Source of the DNA: Gemmatimonadota bacterium
Lineage (GTDB): Bacteria > JAAXHH01
Length of the DNA stretch: 64,000 bases
Reading direction: 5' to 3'
Assembly: GCA_009835325.1 (NCBI GenBank)
Contig: VXWP01000087.1
Span: forward strand, 21,231 to 85,230
Notes under the pieces: generated by a model
What the model saw: only the letters and a program-made list of their open reading frames with translations
The model's database searches: none
Told to the model about the DNA's origin: nothing
Part shown: in pieces, positions 37,077-45,920 of the stretch
How positions within the stretch are numbered: position 1 is the stretch's first letter
Layout: the number at the start of each line of letters is the position of its first letter
Program-made: the position numbers and the translations under genes

Positions 37077-38130
37077 TGATCACGTCCCCGTCCGCGACGA
37101 CGTACTGCTTGCCTTCCACGCGAAGCGTGCCTTTCTCCTTCGCGGCCTGCCATCCACCGAGTTCGAGCATCGCCTGCCAGTCCAGCGTTTCCGCCCGGAT
37201 GAATCCCCGTTCCATGTCCGAGTGCACCGTCCCGGCCGCTTCGGGCGCCGTAACGCCCCTTGTGACGGTCCAGGCCCTGACTTCGTTTTCGCCCACGGTA
37301 AAGAACGAGATCAGGTTAAGGAGCCGGTACGATGCGGTGATCATGCGGTTCAGGGCCGATTCCTCGATGCCCAGATCGTCCAAGAAAGCGCCGGCGTCGT
37401 CCTCGTCGAGCTGGGCGATCTCCATTTCGACCTTCGCACAGAACGCCAGCGAATCCAGCCCTTCGGTAATTTCATCCAACTCATCCAGTCTGCTCGCTTC
37501 CTTGCCCAGATCTTCTTCGGGGATATTCAGCGCAAGTAGCACCGGCTTCTGCGAGAGGAACCGGTAGCCTCGAAGTCTCTTCTCGTCCTCCGGCGAAAAC
37601 TGGAGATTCCGGATCAACCCACCGCCCTCGATCTCCTGCTTGCACTGTTCGAGCAACTCCCATTCCCGCACCAGGTCGGGCTGTTTCGTGGACCGGGCCT
37701 CCTTGGATAGTCGGGTCAGCCGGCGCTCGATGATCTCGAGGTCGGCGATGGCGAGTTCCAACTCAACCGTCTCGAAATCCGCGCCCGGTGTAACGGACGT
37801 ACCGGCCAGATCCGGGAAGCCACGGAGGACGTGCACGAGTACGTCCATAGTGCGCAGGTCGGCGAGTCCACCGGCACCCTGCTGCTCCTCCTGCCTTCCC
37901 GACCCGGACGTGATGCCGCCTATATCGAGGTATTCAACGGTGGCGAAAGTGGTCTTGCGTGGATTGAACAGACTGGAAAGGCGTTCCAGTCGCGGGTCCG
38001 GGACCCGGATCGTCCCCCGGTTGGCCGTGTTCTGCCCTCCGTAACCGCCGGTATCCGCGTTGGCCCTGACCAGCGCGTTGAACAACGTGGTCTTCCCGGA
38101 ACCGGGCAGCCCGACTAGGCCGATCTGCAA
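37057..38130 (-). CDS. ychF: redox-regulated ribosome-binding ATPase YchF
   Basis: 357 aa; MQIGLVGLPGSGKTTLFNAL, C-terminal TGS-like ...VRAWTV..G..AP.AAG..HSD..RGFI. Confidence 0.95.
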   Translation of the reverse strand: MQIGLVGLPGSGKTTLFNALVRANADTGGYGGQNTANRGTIRVPDPRLERLSSLFNPRKTTFATVEYLDIGGITSGSGRQEEQQGAGGLADLRTMDVLVHVLRGFPDLAGTSVTPGADFETVELELAIADLEIIERRLTRLSKEARSTKQPDLVREWELLEQCKQEIEGGGLIRNLQFSPEDEKRLRGYRFLSQKPVLLALNIPEEDLGKEASRLDELDEITEGLDSLAFCAKVEMEIAQLDEDDAGAFLDDLGIEESALNRMITASYRLLNLISFFTVGENEVRAWTVTRGVTAPEAAGTVHSDMERGFIRAETLDWQAMLELGGWQAAKEKGTLRVEGKQYVVADGDVINVRFSV

Positions 38131-38145
38131 TTCGGTGTCCTCCCC

Positions 38146-39261
38146 TCAAACACAAAACGCGCGGATCATCGACTTGTACGCGTCGATCGCAAGGTCGAAC
38201 TGGTCCAGGGCCATCCATTCGTCCACCGTGTGGGCCTGGCGGATGTCCCCGGGACCGAGCAGGATCAGCTCCATTGTCCTGCCAAAGACCAGTCCGTCGG
38301 TGCCGTAGGGAACCGTGTGGGCCTTCTCCGTTCCGGTGATCCCCAGGGCCGTCCGGACAAGCTCCGAGTCCGCGGGCGTACTGAAGGGGTCCCCGATCTT
38401 CTGGATCGTCAGTTCAACGCCGTTCCGTTCTGCCGCTTTTCGGGTGCGGTCCAGGAGGGCTTCCTGATCCTGCCCGGGCATCGGCCGGTAGTAGACCGTG
38501 CATGTGCTTTTGGGCGCCGTCATGTTCAGGGCGATGCCGCCGTCGTTGACCCCGATGTTCCAGTCGGAAAAGGGCGGATCGAACTCGTCATTCAGATGCC
38601 TGGAGTCCGACCTGAGCTCGTCGTGGATGGCCTTCATCTCCACGAGAAAGGGGATCATGGCGTGATGGGCGTTGACGCCTCTGCCGGTGCTACTGTGGGC
38701 TGCCCGCCCCTCCGTCTCGCCCCGCATGAAAACCGCGCCCTTGTGCGCTCGTACGACCTCCATGCGCGTCGGCTCGCAGATGATCCCGTAGCGCAGCCCG
38801 CTGCCGTTCAGGAGTTCGGACCGCTCGCTGACTTCGGCCGCGCCCCAGCACCCGACTTCCTCGTCGGCGGTGAACACGAGATAGATCGGCGCGGAGAGTT
38901 CCGACGCCTCGAAGGCCGCCCCCGCCGCGAGCATGGTGGACAGGGCGCCCTTCATGTCGCAGCTTCCGCGGCCGTATATCCGGTTGTCCCGGATCTCCGC
39001 CGTAAAAGGGTCCGTTTCCCAACCGTCTACCGGGACGGTGTCCGAATGGCCCAGCAGCGCGAGGCCGCCCTTCCCCTCGCCCTTGCGGCCGACGAGGTTG
39101 ACCTTCTCCACGCCGTTGTCGTCATGGTACGTAATGCGTTCGACCTGAAAACCCACGCGGTCGACCTGGTCCTGGAGGTAATCGGATACGGCGGCGTTGC
39201 TGTTGGCGCTGATCGAATTGAACGCGATCAACTCCCTGGTGACCTGGAGGGGATCGAACAT
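38146..39261 (-). CDS. M20-family deacylase (acetylornithine deacetylase/succinyl-DAP desuccinylase-like)
   Basis: 371 aa; LLGHSDTVP, GRGSCDMKG, FTADEEVG motifs. Confidence 0.8.
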   Translation of the reverse strand: MFDPLQVTRELIAFNSISANSNAAVSDYLQDQVDRVGFQVERITYHDDNGVEKVNLVGRKGEGKGGLALLGHSDTVPVDGWETDPFTAEIRDNRIYGRGSCDMKGALSTMLAAGAAFEASELSAPIYLVFTADEEVGCWGAAEVSERSELLNGSGLRYGIICEPTRMEVVRAHKGAVFMRGETEGRAAHSSTGRGVNAHHAMIPFLVEMKAIHDELRSDSRHLNDEFDPPFSDWNIGVNDGGIALNMTAPKSTCTVYYRPMPGQDQEALLDRTRKAAERNGVELTIQKIGDPFSTPADSELVRTALGITGTEKAHTVPYGTDGLVFGRTMELILLGPGDIRQAHTVDEWMALDQFDLAIDAYKSMIRAFCV

Positions 39262-39306
39262 CGCTTAAAGCCTGCTTTCTTTGGTTGGAGGATGCCAATG
39301 GGAGGA

Positions 39307-39390
39307 TGCCGGAGGTCGGACTCGAACCGACACGACCTTGCGGTCAAGGGATTTTGAGTCCCTCGCGTCTACCAATTCCACCACTCCGGC
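39307..39390 (-). tRNA. tRNA-Leu (anticodon CAA)
   Basis: GCCGGAGTGGTGGAATTGGTAGACGCGAGGGACTCAAAATCCC...long variable arm...GGTTCGAGTCCGACCTCCGGCA; cloverleaf folded by eye. Confidence 0.9.
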
Positions 39391-39398
39391 ACAATCAA

Positions 39399-39436
39399 GA
39401 TAGCCCGCCGGAGACATGCGCGTCAGGCGGGCTATC
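39399..39436 (-). other. 11-bp-stem hairpin between tRNA-Asp and tRNA-Leu (terminator or processing signal)
   Basis: GATAGCCCGCC ... GGCGGGCTATC followed on the minus strand by TTGATTGT. Confidence 0.4.
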
Positions 39437-39449
39437 GGTCAATATAAAA

Positions 39450-39524
39450 CGGGGACGACGGGACTCGAACCCGCAACTTCTGCCGTGACAGGGCAGTGCT
39501 CTAACCAGATTGAACTACGCCCCC
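39450..39524 (-). tRNA. tRNA-Asp (anticodon GTC)
   Basis: GGGGGCGTAGTTCAATCTGGTTAGAGCACTGCCCTGTCACGGCAGAAGTTGCGGGTTCGAGTCCCGTCGTCCCCG. Confidence 0.9.
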
Positions 39525-39535
39525 GATTTGATGCA

Positions 39536-39610
39536 TGGGCGATACTGGATTCGAACCAGTGACCTCATGCTTGTAAGGCATGCGCTCTGAACCAACTGAG
39601 CTAATCGCCC
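39536..39610 (-). tRNA. tRNA-Val (anticodon TAC)
   Basis: GGGCGATTAGCTCAGTTGGTTCAGAGCGCATGCCTTACAAGCATGAGGTCACTGGTTCGAATCCAGTATCGCCCA. Confidence 0.9.
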
Positions 39611-39625
39611 GCAGGTGTATCCACG

Positions 39626-39916
39626 CTACGGTCGACGCGATTCCCGGTCGCTGGCCGAACCGGTCCGCGGGAACTTCCCTCTCCAGATCAGGATCACGGG
39701 AATGCCCACGCAGTAACCGGATACCATCAACAGCGGCGCCAGGGTAATCGATTCGTAAGCCAGCGCGATGAAACCCGCCAGTATGACGCCGAGTACGATG
39801 GCGAGGAGACGAAGGTGACTTCCACGGAACGGCAGGCCATAGGCCTGGGCCGTCGTGGCGCGCCGCCGTCCGGAAGACCGGTTTGAACCGGACGCTGACT
39901 GCGATCTTCTCGCCAT
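39626..39916 (-). CDS. small hypothetical membrane protein (two TM helices)
   Basis: 96 aa; Arg/Ser-rich N-terminus then LLAIVLGVILAGFIALAY and LLMVSGYCVGIPVILIW; GGAGGTGG Shine-Dalgarno 8 nt upstream of ATG. Confidence 0.5.
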   Translation of the reverse strand: MARRSQSASGSNRSSGRRRATTAQAYGLPFRGSHLRLLAIVLGVILAGFIALAYESITLAPLLMVSGYCVGIPVILIWRGKFPRTGSASDRESRRP

Positions 39917-39994
39917 TTCTCATCCACCTCCACGACCGGCCAATATAGGTAAAATGGCGCTTCGCGTCAAGTCCAAATCAAGGCGGGAAGGCCG

Positions 39995-40438
39995 TTATTC
40001 CTTGACCACCCAGAGCTTCACGCCGGCCTCTACCTGGGCGTGCAGCGCGATGGGAATCGTGTATATGCCCAGCGCCTTGATGGGCTCGTCGAGATGGATC
40101 TTGCGCCGGTCGATATCGTAGCCCTTCTCCTTCAGCAGATCGGCGACGTGCTGATGGGTGACGGAACCGAACATGCGGTCTTCTTCGCCGACCTGGACGA
40201 CGGCGGTGAGGGAGACCTCTTCCAGGACGCCTGCGAGTTCTTCGGCCTGTTCCCGCGTCCTGGCTTCCAGGGCCAGTTGCCGTTTCAATTTGCCCTGGAG
40301 CATCTTCAGGTTTCCGGGCGTTGCCGGAATGGCCTTCTTCGTCAGCATCAGGTAGTTCCTGCCGAACCCGTTGGAAACGTCCACGATTTCACCGACGCTT
40401 CCCACGTTCCGCACCGACTCGGTCAAAATGAGCTTCAC
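39995..40438 (-). CDS. rplI: 50S ribosomal protein L9
   Basis: GTG start (codon 39 of track ORF) preceded by GAGGAG; (M)KLILTESVRNVGSVGEIVDVSNGFGRNYL. Confidence 0.9.
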   Translation of the reverse strand: MKLILTESVRNVGSVGEIVDVSNGFGRNYLMLTKKAIPATPGNLKMLQGKLKRQLALEARTREQAEELAGVLEEVSLTAVVQVGEEDRMFGSVTHQHVADLLKEKGYDIDRRKIHLDEPIKALGIYTIPIALHAQVEAGVKLWVVKE

Positions 40439-40450
40439 GTCCGACTCCTC

Positions 40451-40486
40451 GGCTACTTGTAGGTTTCTGGCTACTTGTAGGTTTCT
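40451..40486. repeat. 18-bp x2 perfect tandem duplication containing the rpsR stop codon
   Basis: ggctacttgtaggtttct twice; the second copy carries the real stop (40471-73) and last codons ETYK*. Confidence 0.95.
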
Positions 40487-40704
40487 TCGATAAAGGGGAG
40501 CAGGCCGATGGCCCGGGCCCGCTTGATGGCCTTTGCCAGCCGTCGCTGGCAAAGCGCGCTCGCGCCGGAAATCCGGCTCGGCACGATCTTGCCCCGTTCG
40601 GTGACGAAGCGCCGGAGCGCCTTCGGGTCCTTGTAATCGATGTTCTTGATGCGGCCCGGTATGCGCTTCTGCTTTCTCCCCCTGGTCATCCTGGATTGGT
40701 TCAT
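40471..40704 (-). CDS. rpsR: 30S ribosomal protein S18
   Basis: 77 aa; [49 protein letters not shown]. Confidence 0.95.
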   Translation of the reverse strand: MNQSRMTRGRKQKRIPGRIKNIDYKDPKALRRFVTERGKIVPSRISGASALCQRRLAKAIKRARAIGLLPFIEETYK

Positions 40705-41090
40705 GCTTCCGCTCCCGTTTTCTTATCGGCCTGTTCCGCCTTCTCGGCCTGCTCGTTTTTTTCGGCCTGTTCCGCCTTCTCGTACACGTGGGCCGGATGC
40801 TTCCTGACCCGCTTCGTCATGTGCCTGAGCACGCGATCATTCAACTTGAACGACCGGTCCAGCACGTCCACCAGGGCCGGCTCACCGTCAAAACGGATCA
40901 ACGTGAAATTGCCCTGGTGGGCGTCGTTGATCTCGTAGCTGAGCTTCCGGCTTCCCCAGCGTTCCGTGTCGACGACTTCCCCCTGGTTCGACGCGATAAG
41001 CCCCTCGATGGCGGAGATTTCTTCCTCGAGCGGCTCTTCTTCGAGCTTGGAATCGATAATCACTACAGTTTCATATGACCGCACGTGCAT
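40701..41090 (-). CDS. rpsF: 30S ribosomal protein S6 with Glu/Lys/Ala-rich tail
   Basis: 129 aa; [25 protein letters not shown]...[10 protein letters not shown]; 4-nt overlap with rpsR. Confidence 0.9.
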   Translation of the reverse strand: MHVRSYETVVIIDSKLEEEPLEEEISAIEGLIASNQGEVVDTERWGSRKLSYEINDAHQGNFTLIRFDGEPALVDVLDRSFKLNDRVLRHMTKRVRKHPAHVYEKAEQAEKNEQAEKAEQADKKTGAEA

Positions 41091-41120
41091 GCTCCTTAGT
41101 TGTTTGCGGATTCGTTCGGG

Positions 41121-41196
41121 CCGGACGGCCTTCGCTCGGGGCCCGGTCGGCCTTCAGTCCGGTCGGCCTTCAGTCCGGTCGGCCTTCAGTCCGGTC
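41121..41196. repeat. 16-bp tandem array (3 perfect copies, 1 degenerate, 1 partial) abutting the pth stop, in the rpsF leader
   Basis: ccggtcggccttcagt at 41143, 41159, 41175; degenerate copy at 41121; partial ccggtc runs into the pth stop (41195-97). Confidence 0.95.
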
Positions 41197-41761
41197 ACGA
41201 CGGGCCGTTATACCTGTTCGCCGCCTCGCCGCAACCTTCGCTTACGAACACCTCCAACTGGTCACAGGCCCGGTCGAGGACGATGGGCAGATCCGTTGCT
41301 TCCTCTTTGGTAAACACCTCCAGCACATAATCGACCAGCGTATCGGCGTCCCTGGGGACATCGATGCCAATGCGCTGGCGGGCGAATGCTTCCGTGCCTA
41401 GCGCATCGATAATGGATTCCAGGCCCCGGTGGCCGCCATGACTGCCCTTCGACCTGAGACGCAACGTACCGAAGGGCAGGTTGACGTCGTCGCAAACGAC
41501 CACGATACGATCGACGTCGAGTTCGTAATGTCCCACCGCCTCCCGGACCGCGTAACCGCTGCGGTTCATGAAGGTCACCGGCTTGACCAGCGCCACGGGC
41601 AGTCCGCCGATCTCCGCGATGGTACCGTGAAACCGCTCGCTGACCGGGGCGAGCGCAAGGTCGAGGCGCCGAAGCCAGGTGTCAATCACGTCGAAACCGG
41701 CGTTGTGGCGCGTGTCCGCGTACCGGACACCGGGATTGCCAAGGCCGATGAAGGCATGCAT
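41195..41761 (-). CDS. pth: peptidyl-tRNA hydrolase
   Basis: Start at MHAFIGLGNPGVRYADTRHNAGF (Met21 of track ORF). Confidence 0.9.
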   Translation of the reverse strand: MHAFIGLGNPGVRYADTRHNAGFDVIDTWLRRLDLALAPVSERFHGTIAEIGGLPVALVKPVTFMNRSGYAVREAVGHYELDVDRIVVVCDDVNLPFGTLRLRSKGSHGGHRGLESIIDALGTEAFARQRIGIDVPRDADTLVDYVLEVFTKEEATDLPIVLDRACDQLEVFVSEGCGEAANRYNGPS

Positions 41762-41833
41762 GGACGGATCGTCAGGCCGCTCTGCGGGCCACAAGGAACC
41801 GGAATCGGCATGCTGACACATATCCGGGCTGCC

Positions 41834-42505
41834 TTAGTCTTCTTGCTCGTCCTCGGTCCCGTCTTCTTCCTCGCCGTCTTCCCGGGCCTGGCCGATGATC
41901 TCCGGCTCTTCCTGCTCCAGGTCGACTTCCTCTTCCTCCGGCTCCTCCGCCATCGGCGTGAGTACCGATACCACGGCGACCTCTCCGTCGGTTACGATTT
42001 CGACGTTCTCGAAGGTAAGATCGCTGATGTGGATCGTATCGCCCATGCTCAATTCGCTGATATCCACTTCCAGATGCTCCGGAATCTCGGAAGCGACGCA
42101 GCTGATTTCGACCACCCGCAGGGACTGGTCGAGCACGCCGCCGTCTCTCGTCACGCCGATGGGCTCACCGATCATCACCAGCGAAACCTCCGTGGTGATC
42201 CGGTCGCTCATCCTGATCTGCTGGAAATCGGCGTGGAGCAACTGGTTTCTCAGGTAGTCCCGCTGGATATCCCGCAACAGGGCTTTCTTGTCCTCCATGC
42301 CTTCGATTTCCAGGTTGATGACGACGCTTTCGCCCCGGGTCTTTCTGAGGAAGCCCTCGAACTCGCGATAGTCGAGGGTCAGCGGCGTGGAGGATTCCCC
42401 GCTGCCGTAGACCACGGCGGGCAGCGCGCCGTCCCGCCGAAGCGCCTTGGCGACCTGCTTTCCGGTGTCCGTCCGCTGACGGGCCTTTAACGATACCTGG
42501 TTCAT
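41834..42505 (-). CDS. rplY: 50S ribosomal protein L25/general stress protein Ctc
   Basis: 223 aa; LKARQRTDTGKQVAKALRRDGALPAVVYG, acidic C-terminal tail. Confidence 0.9.
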   Translation of the reverse strand: MNQVSLKARQRTDTGKQVAKALRRDGALPAVVYGSGESSTPLTLDYREFEGFLRKTRGESVVINLEIEGMEDKKALLRDIQRDYLRNQLLHADFQQIRMSDRITTEVSLVMIGEPIGVTRDGGVLDQSLRVVEISCVASEIPEHLEVDISELSMGDTIHISDLTFENVEIVTDGEVAVVSVLTPMAEEPEEEEVDLEQEEPEIIGQAREDGEEEDGTEDEQED

Positions 42506-42519
42506 CTACTTCTCCTGTT

Positions 42520-43512
42520 TCAAGTCTGATCCGACGATTCGAAGAGCGAGCTGACGGATTTTTCTTCGTGTATGCGCTTGATCGCCTCGCCGAACAGGGA
42601 CGCCACGGACAACTGCTCCAGCTTGCCCCGACACATGTCCTCGTTCAGGCGTATCGAGTCCGAGACGATCAGGCAGTCCAGTACGGAATCCTCCACCTTC
42701 TGCATGGCGTTTCCGGAGAGCAGGGCGTGGGTACACGCCGCGTAGATCGTCTCCGCGCCGTTCTTCTTCAGGGCCTCGGCCGCGCCGGTCAGGCTCCCTC
42801 CGGTGTCGATCATGTCGTCGCGGATGATCACGTTCTTTCCTTCCACTTCGCCGATCACGTTGACGACCTCGGACACGTTGGGTCTCGGCCGACGCTTGTC
42901 CACCAGGGCCAGCGGGCAGTTCAGCCGCCTGCCATAGGACCGGGCCATGGCCATGCCCCCGGCGTCCGGGGACGCGATCACCAGGTCATCCGAAGTCCCC
43001 AGTTCCCTGAGCCGGCGGGTAAATACCGGCGCCGAATACAGGTGGTCCAGGGGGATGTCGAAGAACCCCTGGATCTGGGGCGCGTGCAGGTCCATGGTGA
43101 GCACGCGGTCCGCTCCAGCCGCGGCGATCAGGTTCGCCATGACCTTGGCCGAAATGGGTACCCGGGGCCCCGCCTTGCGGTCCTGGCGGGCGTAGCCGTA
43201 GTAGGGGATCACCGCGGTGGCCCTTCGCGCCGATGCCCGTTTGGCCGCGTCCAGCAAAAGCAGCAGTTCGACGAGGTTCTCCGCCGGCGAGTTGGTCGAC
43301 TGGACCACGAACACGTCGGTGCCGCGGATGTCCTCGTTGATGTGAATCCGGATCTCGTCGTCGCTGAAACGGGAAACGGCGGCGTTGCCCAGGGGTACGC
43401 CGAGATATTCGCAGATGTCTTGTGCAAGCGGTGCGTTTGAATTCCCACTCAGAATCTTCAAACCGACCGCCACGAGCAGCCCTCCTCTGGTACCTCGATT
43501 AAACCGCGGCAT
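42520..43512 (-). CDS. prs: ribose-phosphate pyrophosphokinase
   Basis: LKILSGNSNAPLAQDICEYLG...; DLHAPQIQGFF; PRPP loop; true start may be downstream of the ATG at 43512. Confidence 0.9.
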   Translation of the reverse strand: MPRFNRGTRGGLLVAVGLKILSGNSNAPLAQDICEYLGVPLGNAAVSRFSDDEIRIHINEDIRGTDVFVVQSTNSPAENLVELLLLLDAAKRASARRATAVIPYYGYARQDRKAGPRVPISAKVMANLIAAAGADRVLTMDLHAPQIQGFFDIPLDHLYSAPVFTRRLRELGTSDDLVIASPDAGGMAMARSYGRRLNCPLALVDKRRPRPNVSEVVNVIGEVEGKNVIIRDDMIDTGGSLTGAAEALKKNGAETIYAACTHALLSGNAMQKVEDSVLDCLIVSDSIRLNEDMCRGKLEQLSVASLFGEAIKRIHEEKSVSSLFESSDQT

Positions 43513-44374
43513 CCCGCCGGGATGACGAGGAGACCGCGAAGACCCGCCAGGACGGTTCGACCCGTCCCCGCAAGTCCTGTGCTATCCGTTCCGCCTCCGC
43601 CCTGCCGGGCGCCAGTCCGAAGACCGATGGGCCGCTGCCAGACATCAGCATACCCTTCAGTCCGGCATCCGCAAGCAGGTCCCTCGCCCTGTCGATTTCG
43701 GGGTGGGCCGCCCGGACCGCCGGTTCCAGGTCGTTATGCAGACAGGAGGCCAGTCTATCGGCATCCCCGGCCTGCATGACAGAAGAGATTAAGTTAATGC
43801 AGGACGCGTCTTTTGTCAATTCCATTTTCCATTGGCTGTAGGCCCATCCGCTCGCGACTTCGAGGGGCGGGCTGACCAGGACGTAGTGGCGCGGTCCGGG
43901 CGCATCCAGCCAGGCGACCTTTTCCCCCCGTCCGGAAGCTACGGCCACGCCGCCATGGAGACAGAAGGGCACGTCGGATCCGAGCTCCGCGGCGAGGTCC
44001 GCCAGGTCTTCTTCTCCCAACCCCAGCGACCAGAGCGCGTTGAGCCCGTGCAGTGTCATGGCCGCGTTGCCGCTCCCGCCGGCGAGTCCCGCGGCCACGG
44101 GGATGCGCTTATCGATGTGGATCCGCGCGCCCCGATCGCCGAGTCCGCAACGCTCACGCACGAGTCCGGCCGCCCTGTGGACCAGGTTGCGCCCGTCCGT
44201 CGGCACGGCCGGATCGGAGCAGGTGACGGTCGTTCCCTGCTCCTGTGCGGACACTTTCAGTTCATCGGCCAGGTCCACGGTCTCCATCAGCGTGACGATC
44301 TCGTGGTAACCGTCGGTCCGCTTGCCGAGCAGATGAATGGCGAGATTGATCTTGGCAAAGGAACGAAGGGTCAT
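43499..44374 (-). CDS. ispE: 4-diphosphocytidyl-2-C-methyl-D-erythritol kinase
   Basis: MTLRSFAKINLAIHLLGKRTDGYHEIVTLM...IPVAAGLAGGSGNAA; in-frame 3' part of track ORF 43499..44917; ATGA overlap with the upstream gene. Confidence 0.9.
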   Translation of the reverse strand: MTLRSFAKINLAIHLLGKRTDGYHEIVTLMETVDLADELKVSAQEQGTTVTCSDPAVPTDGRNLVHRAAGLVRERCGLGDRGARIHIDKRIPVAAGLAGGSGNAAMTLHGLNALWSLGLGEEDLADLAAELGSDVPFCLHGGVAVASGRGEKVAWLDAPGPRHYVLVSPPLEVASGWAYSQWKMELTKDASCINLISSVMQAGDADRLASCLHNDLEPAVRAAHPEIDRARDLLADAGLKGMLMSGSGPSVFGLAPGRAEAERIAQDLRGRVEPSWRVFAVSSSSRRDAAV

Positions 44375-44937
44375 TCGCCATCCGCAACGCGGGAGGTGGT
44401 CTGCGTGATGATGATGTGGACGATGATCATGTGCATGTTTTCCGCCATGCCGTAGTCGTCCACGGGGACGTGGACCGAATGCTCCGCCGATGCCTTCATC
44501 GCGCCGCCGGAGAACCCCGTCACCGCGACCGTTATCATCCCGGCGGAACGGGCGAACTCCATGGCGCGGATCACGTTGGGGCTGTTCCCCGACGCGCTGA
44601 TGCCGATGACCACGTCGCCGGGCGCGCCGAGATTGCGCAGCTGCTGCTCGTAGACCAGGTCGTAGTCGAAGTCGTTGGCCCAGGCCGTCACGTAGGGCAG
44701 GTTGTCTGTGAGGCTGTTGACCCGGAAGCGGGGCGCGTCCTCCGTGCCTCGGAGCGTGCCCTTGCCCAGGTCCACGGCGAAGTGGGAAGCCGTGGCCGCG
44801 CTGCCGCCGTTGCCGATGACGAAGATCCCCCGCCCGTTCTTCCGCGCGTCCATCAGGAGGTCGATGAGCGCCTGCACTTCGCCGGGTTCGATCCGGCCGA
44901 GGACCTCCTTCGTCCATTCGAGGTATTCGCGGATCAT
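44371..44937 (-). CDS. gmhA: SIS-domain sedoheptulose-7-phosphate isomerase
   Basis: MIREYLEWTKEVL...IFVIGNGGSAATASHFAVDL...VIGISASGNSPNV. Confidence 0.8.
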   Translation of the reverse strand: MIREYLEWTKEVLGRIEPGEVQALIDLLMDARKNGRGIFVIGNGGSAATASHFAVDLGKGTLRGTEDAPRFRVNSLTDNLPYVTAWANDFDYDLVYEQQLRNLGAPGDVVIGISASGNSPNVIRAMEFARSAGMITVAVTGFSGGAMKASAEHSVHVPVDDYGMAENMHMIIVHIIITQTTSRVADGE

Positions 44938-45920
44938 TTCGATACCTGCCTTCGCATGTTGAAGATCACCTTGGTGCCGTCGCGTTCCAGGTTGAAAGGC
45001 AGTTCCCGGTAGTCGGACAGCGCGTCGCGCACCCGGGACCGGGAAGACTCCGGGCAGCACAGGAGCAGGAAGCCGCCGCCGCCCGCGCCGCAGACTTTGC
45101 CGCCCGTGGCGCCGGCGTCCCTGGCTTTCCGGTACATGGTGTCGATCTCGTCGTTGCTCACGAGTCCGGACATCTTGTACTTCCAGGTCCAGCCCCGGTC
45201 AAGTAGTTCGCCCATGCGGTCGATCTCCCCGGCCGCGAGGGCTGACCGCGCGCTTTGCGCCACGGACTTGATCTCTTTCACCAGGGCGAACTTGCCGGTC
45301 ATGTTCGCTTTCTGCTCGCGCAGGATGGTCTCCGCCTTGCGGGTCTTGTTGGTGTAGAACAGCATCAGGCTTTCGCTCAACCGTTCCGCGTGGCCGTCGG
45401 CGAGGCCGAGGCGTTCCACCTCCACGCCGCCGGGTCGGAACGTAAACCCGCACAGTCCGCCGTAGGCCGCGATGTACTGGTCCTGCTTCCCGATGGGCTG
45501 GCCGCACCGTTCGATCTCGATTTCGCAGGCGTCCTGTGCCAGTTTCTCGGTAGGCTGCGGGTTGCCGCAATAGGTATACAGGGCATTCAGCAGGCCGACC
45601 GTGATGCTGCTCGAGGACCCCAGGCCCGATCCCTCGGAAGGGATGTCCGTCAGCGTCGTGATTTCCACGCCCCGGGTCACGCCGGTGAGCCGCAGTGCCT
45701 CCCGGATCAGGTCGTGCTCGATCTCATCGGGATGATCGACGGCCTCCCGCTTCGAGTAGTTGATGTAGATGCGGTCGTCGAACCGTTCGTTGATGATGAC
45801 GAAGATGTACTTGTCGATGGCCGCGCTGACGACCAGGCCGTCCTCCCGTTCGTAGAAATCGGTGAAATCCGTGAGGCCGCCGGCGAAGCTGATGCGCAGG
45901 GGCGTCTGGGTGATGATCAT
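44934..45920 (-). CDS. GHMP kinase, D-glycero-D-manno-heptose-7-phosphate kinase-like
   Basis: 328 aa; MIITQTPLRISFAGGLTDFTDFYEREDGLVVSAAIDKYIF, PSEGSGLGSSSS motif. Confidence 0.75.
   Translation of the reverse strand: MIITQTPLRISFAGGLTDFTDFYEREDGLVVSAAIDKYIFVIINERFDDRIYINYSKREAVDHPDEIEHDLIREALRLTGVTRGVEITTLTDIPSEGSGLGSSSSITVGLLNALYTYCGNPQPTEKLAQDACEIEIERCGQPIGKQDQYIAAYGGLCGFTFRPGGVEVERLGLADGHAERLSESLMLFYTNKTRKAETILREQKANMTGKFALVKEIKSVAQSARSALAAGEIDRMGELLDRGWTWKYKMSGLVSNDEIDTMYRKARDAGATGGKVCGAGGGGFLLLCCPESSRSRVRDALSDYRELPFNLERDGTKVIFNMRRQVSK

Noticed and set aside
41121-41196. CRISPR-like appearance of the tandem arrays (also 9248-9281, 12838-12883, 60771-60820).
   Set aside because: The units are directly adjacent with no spacers, only 2-4 copies are present, and no cas genes are in the window. 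These are simple tandem duplications.
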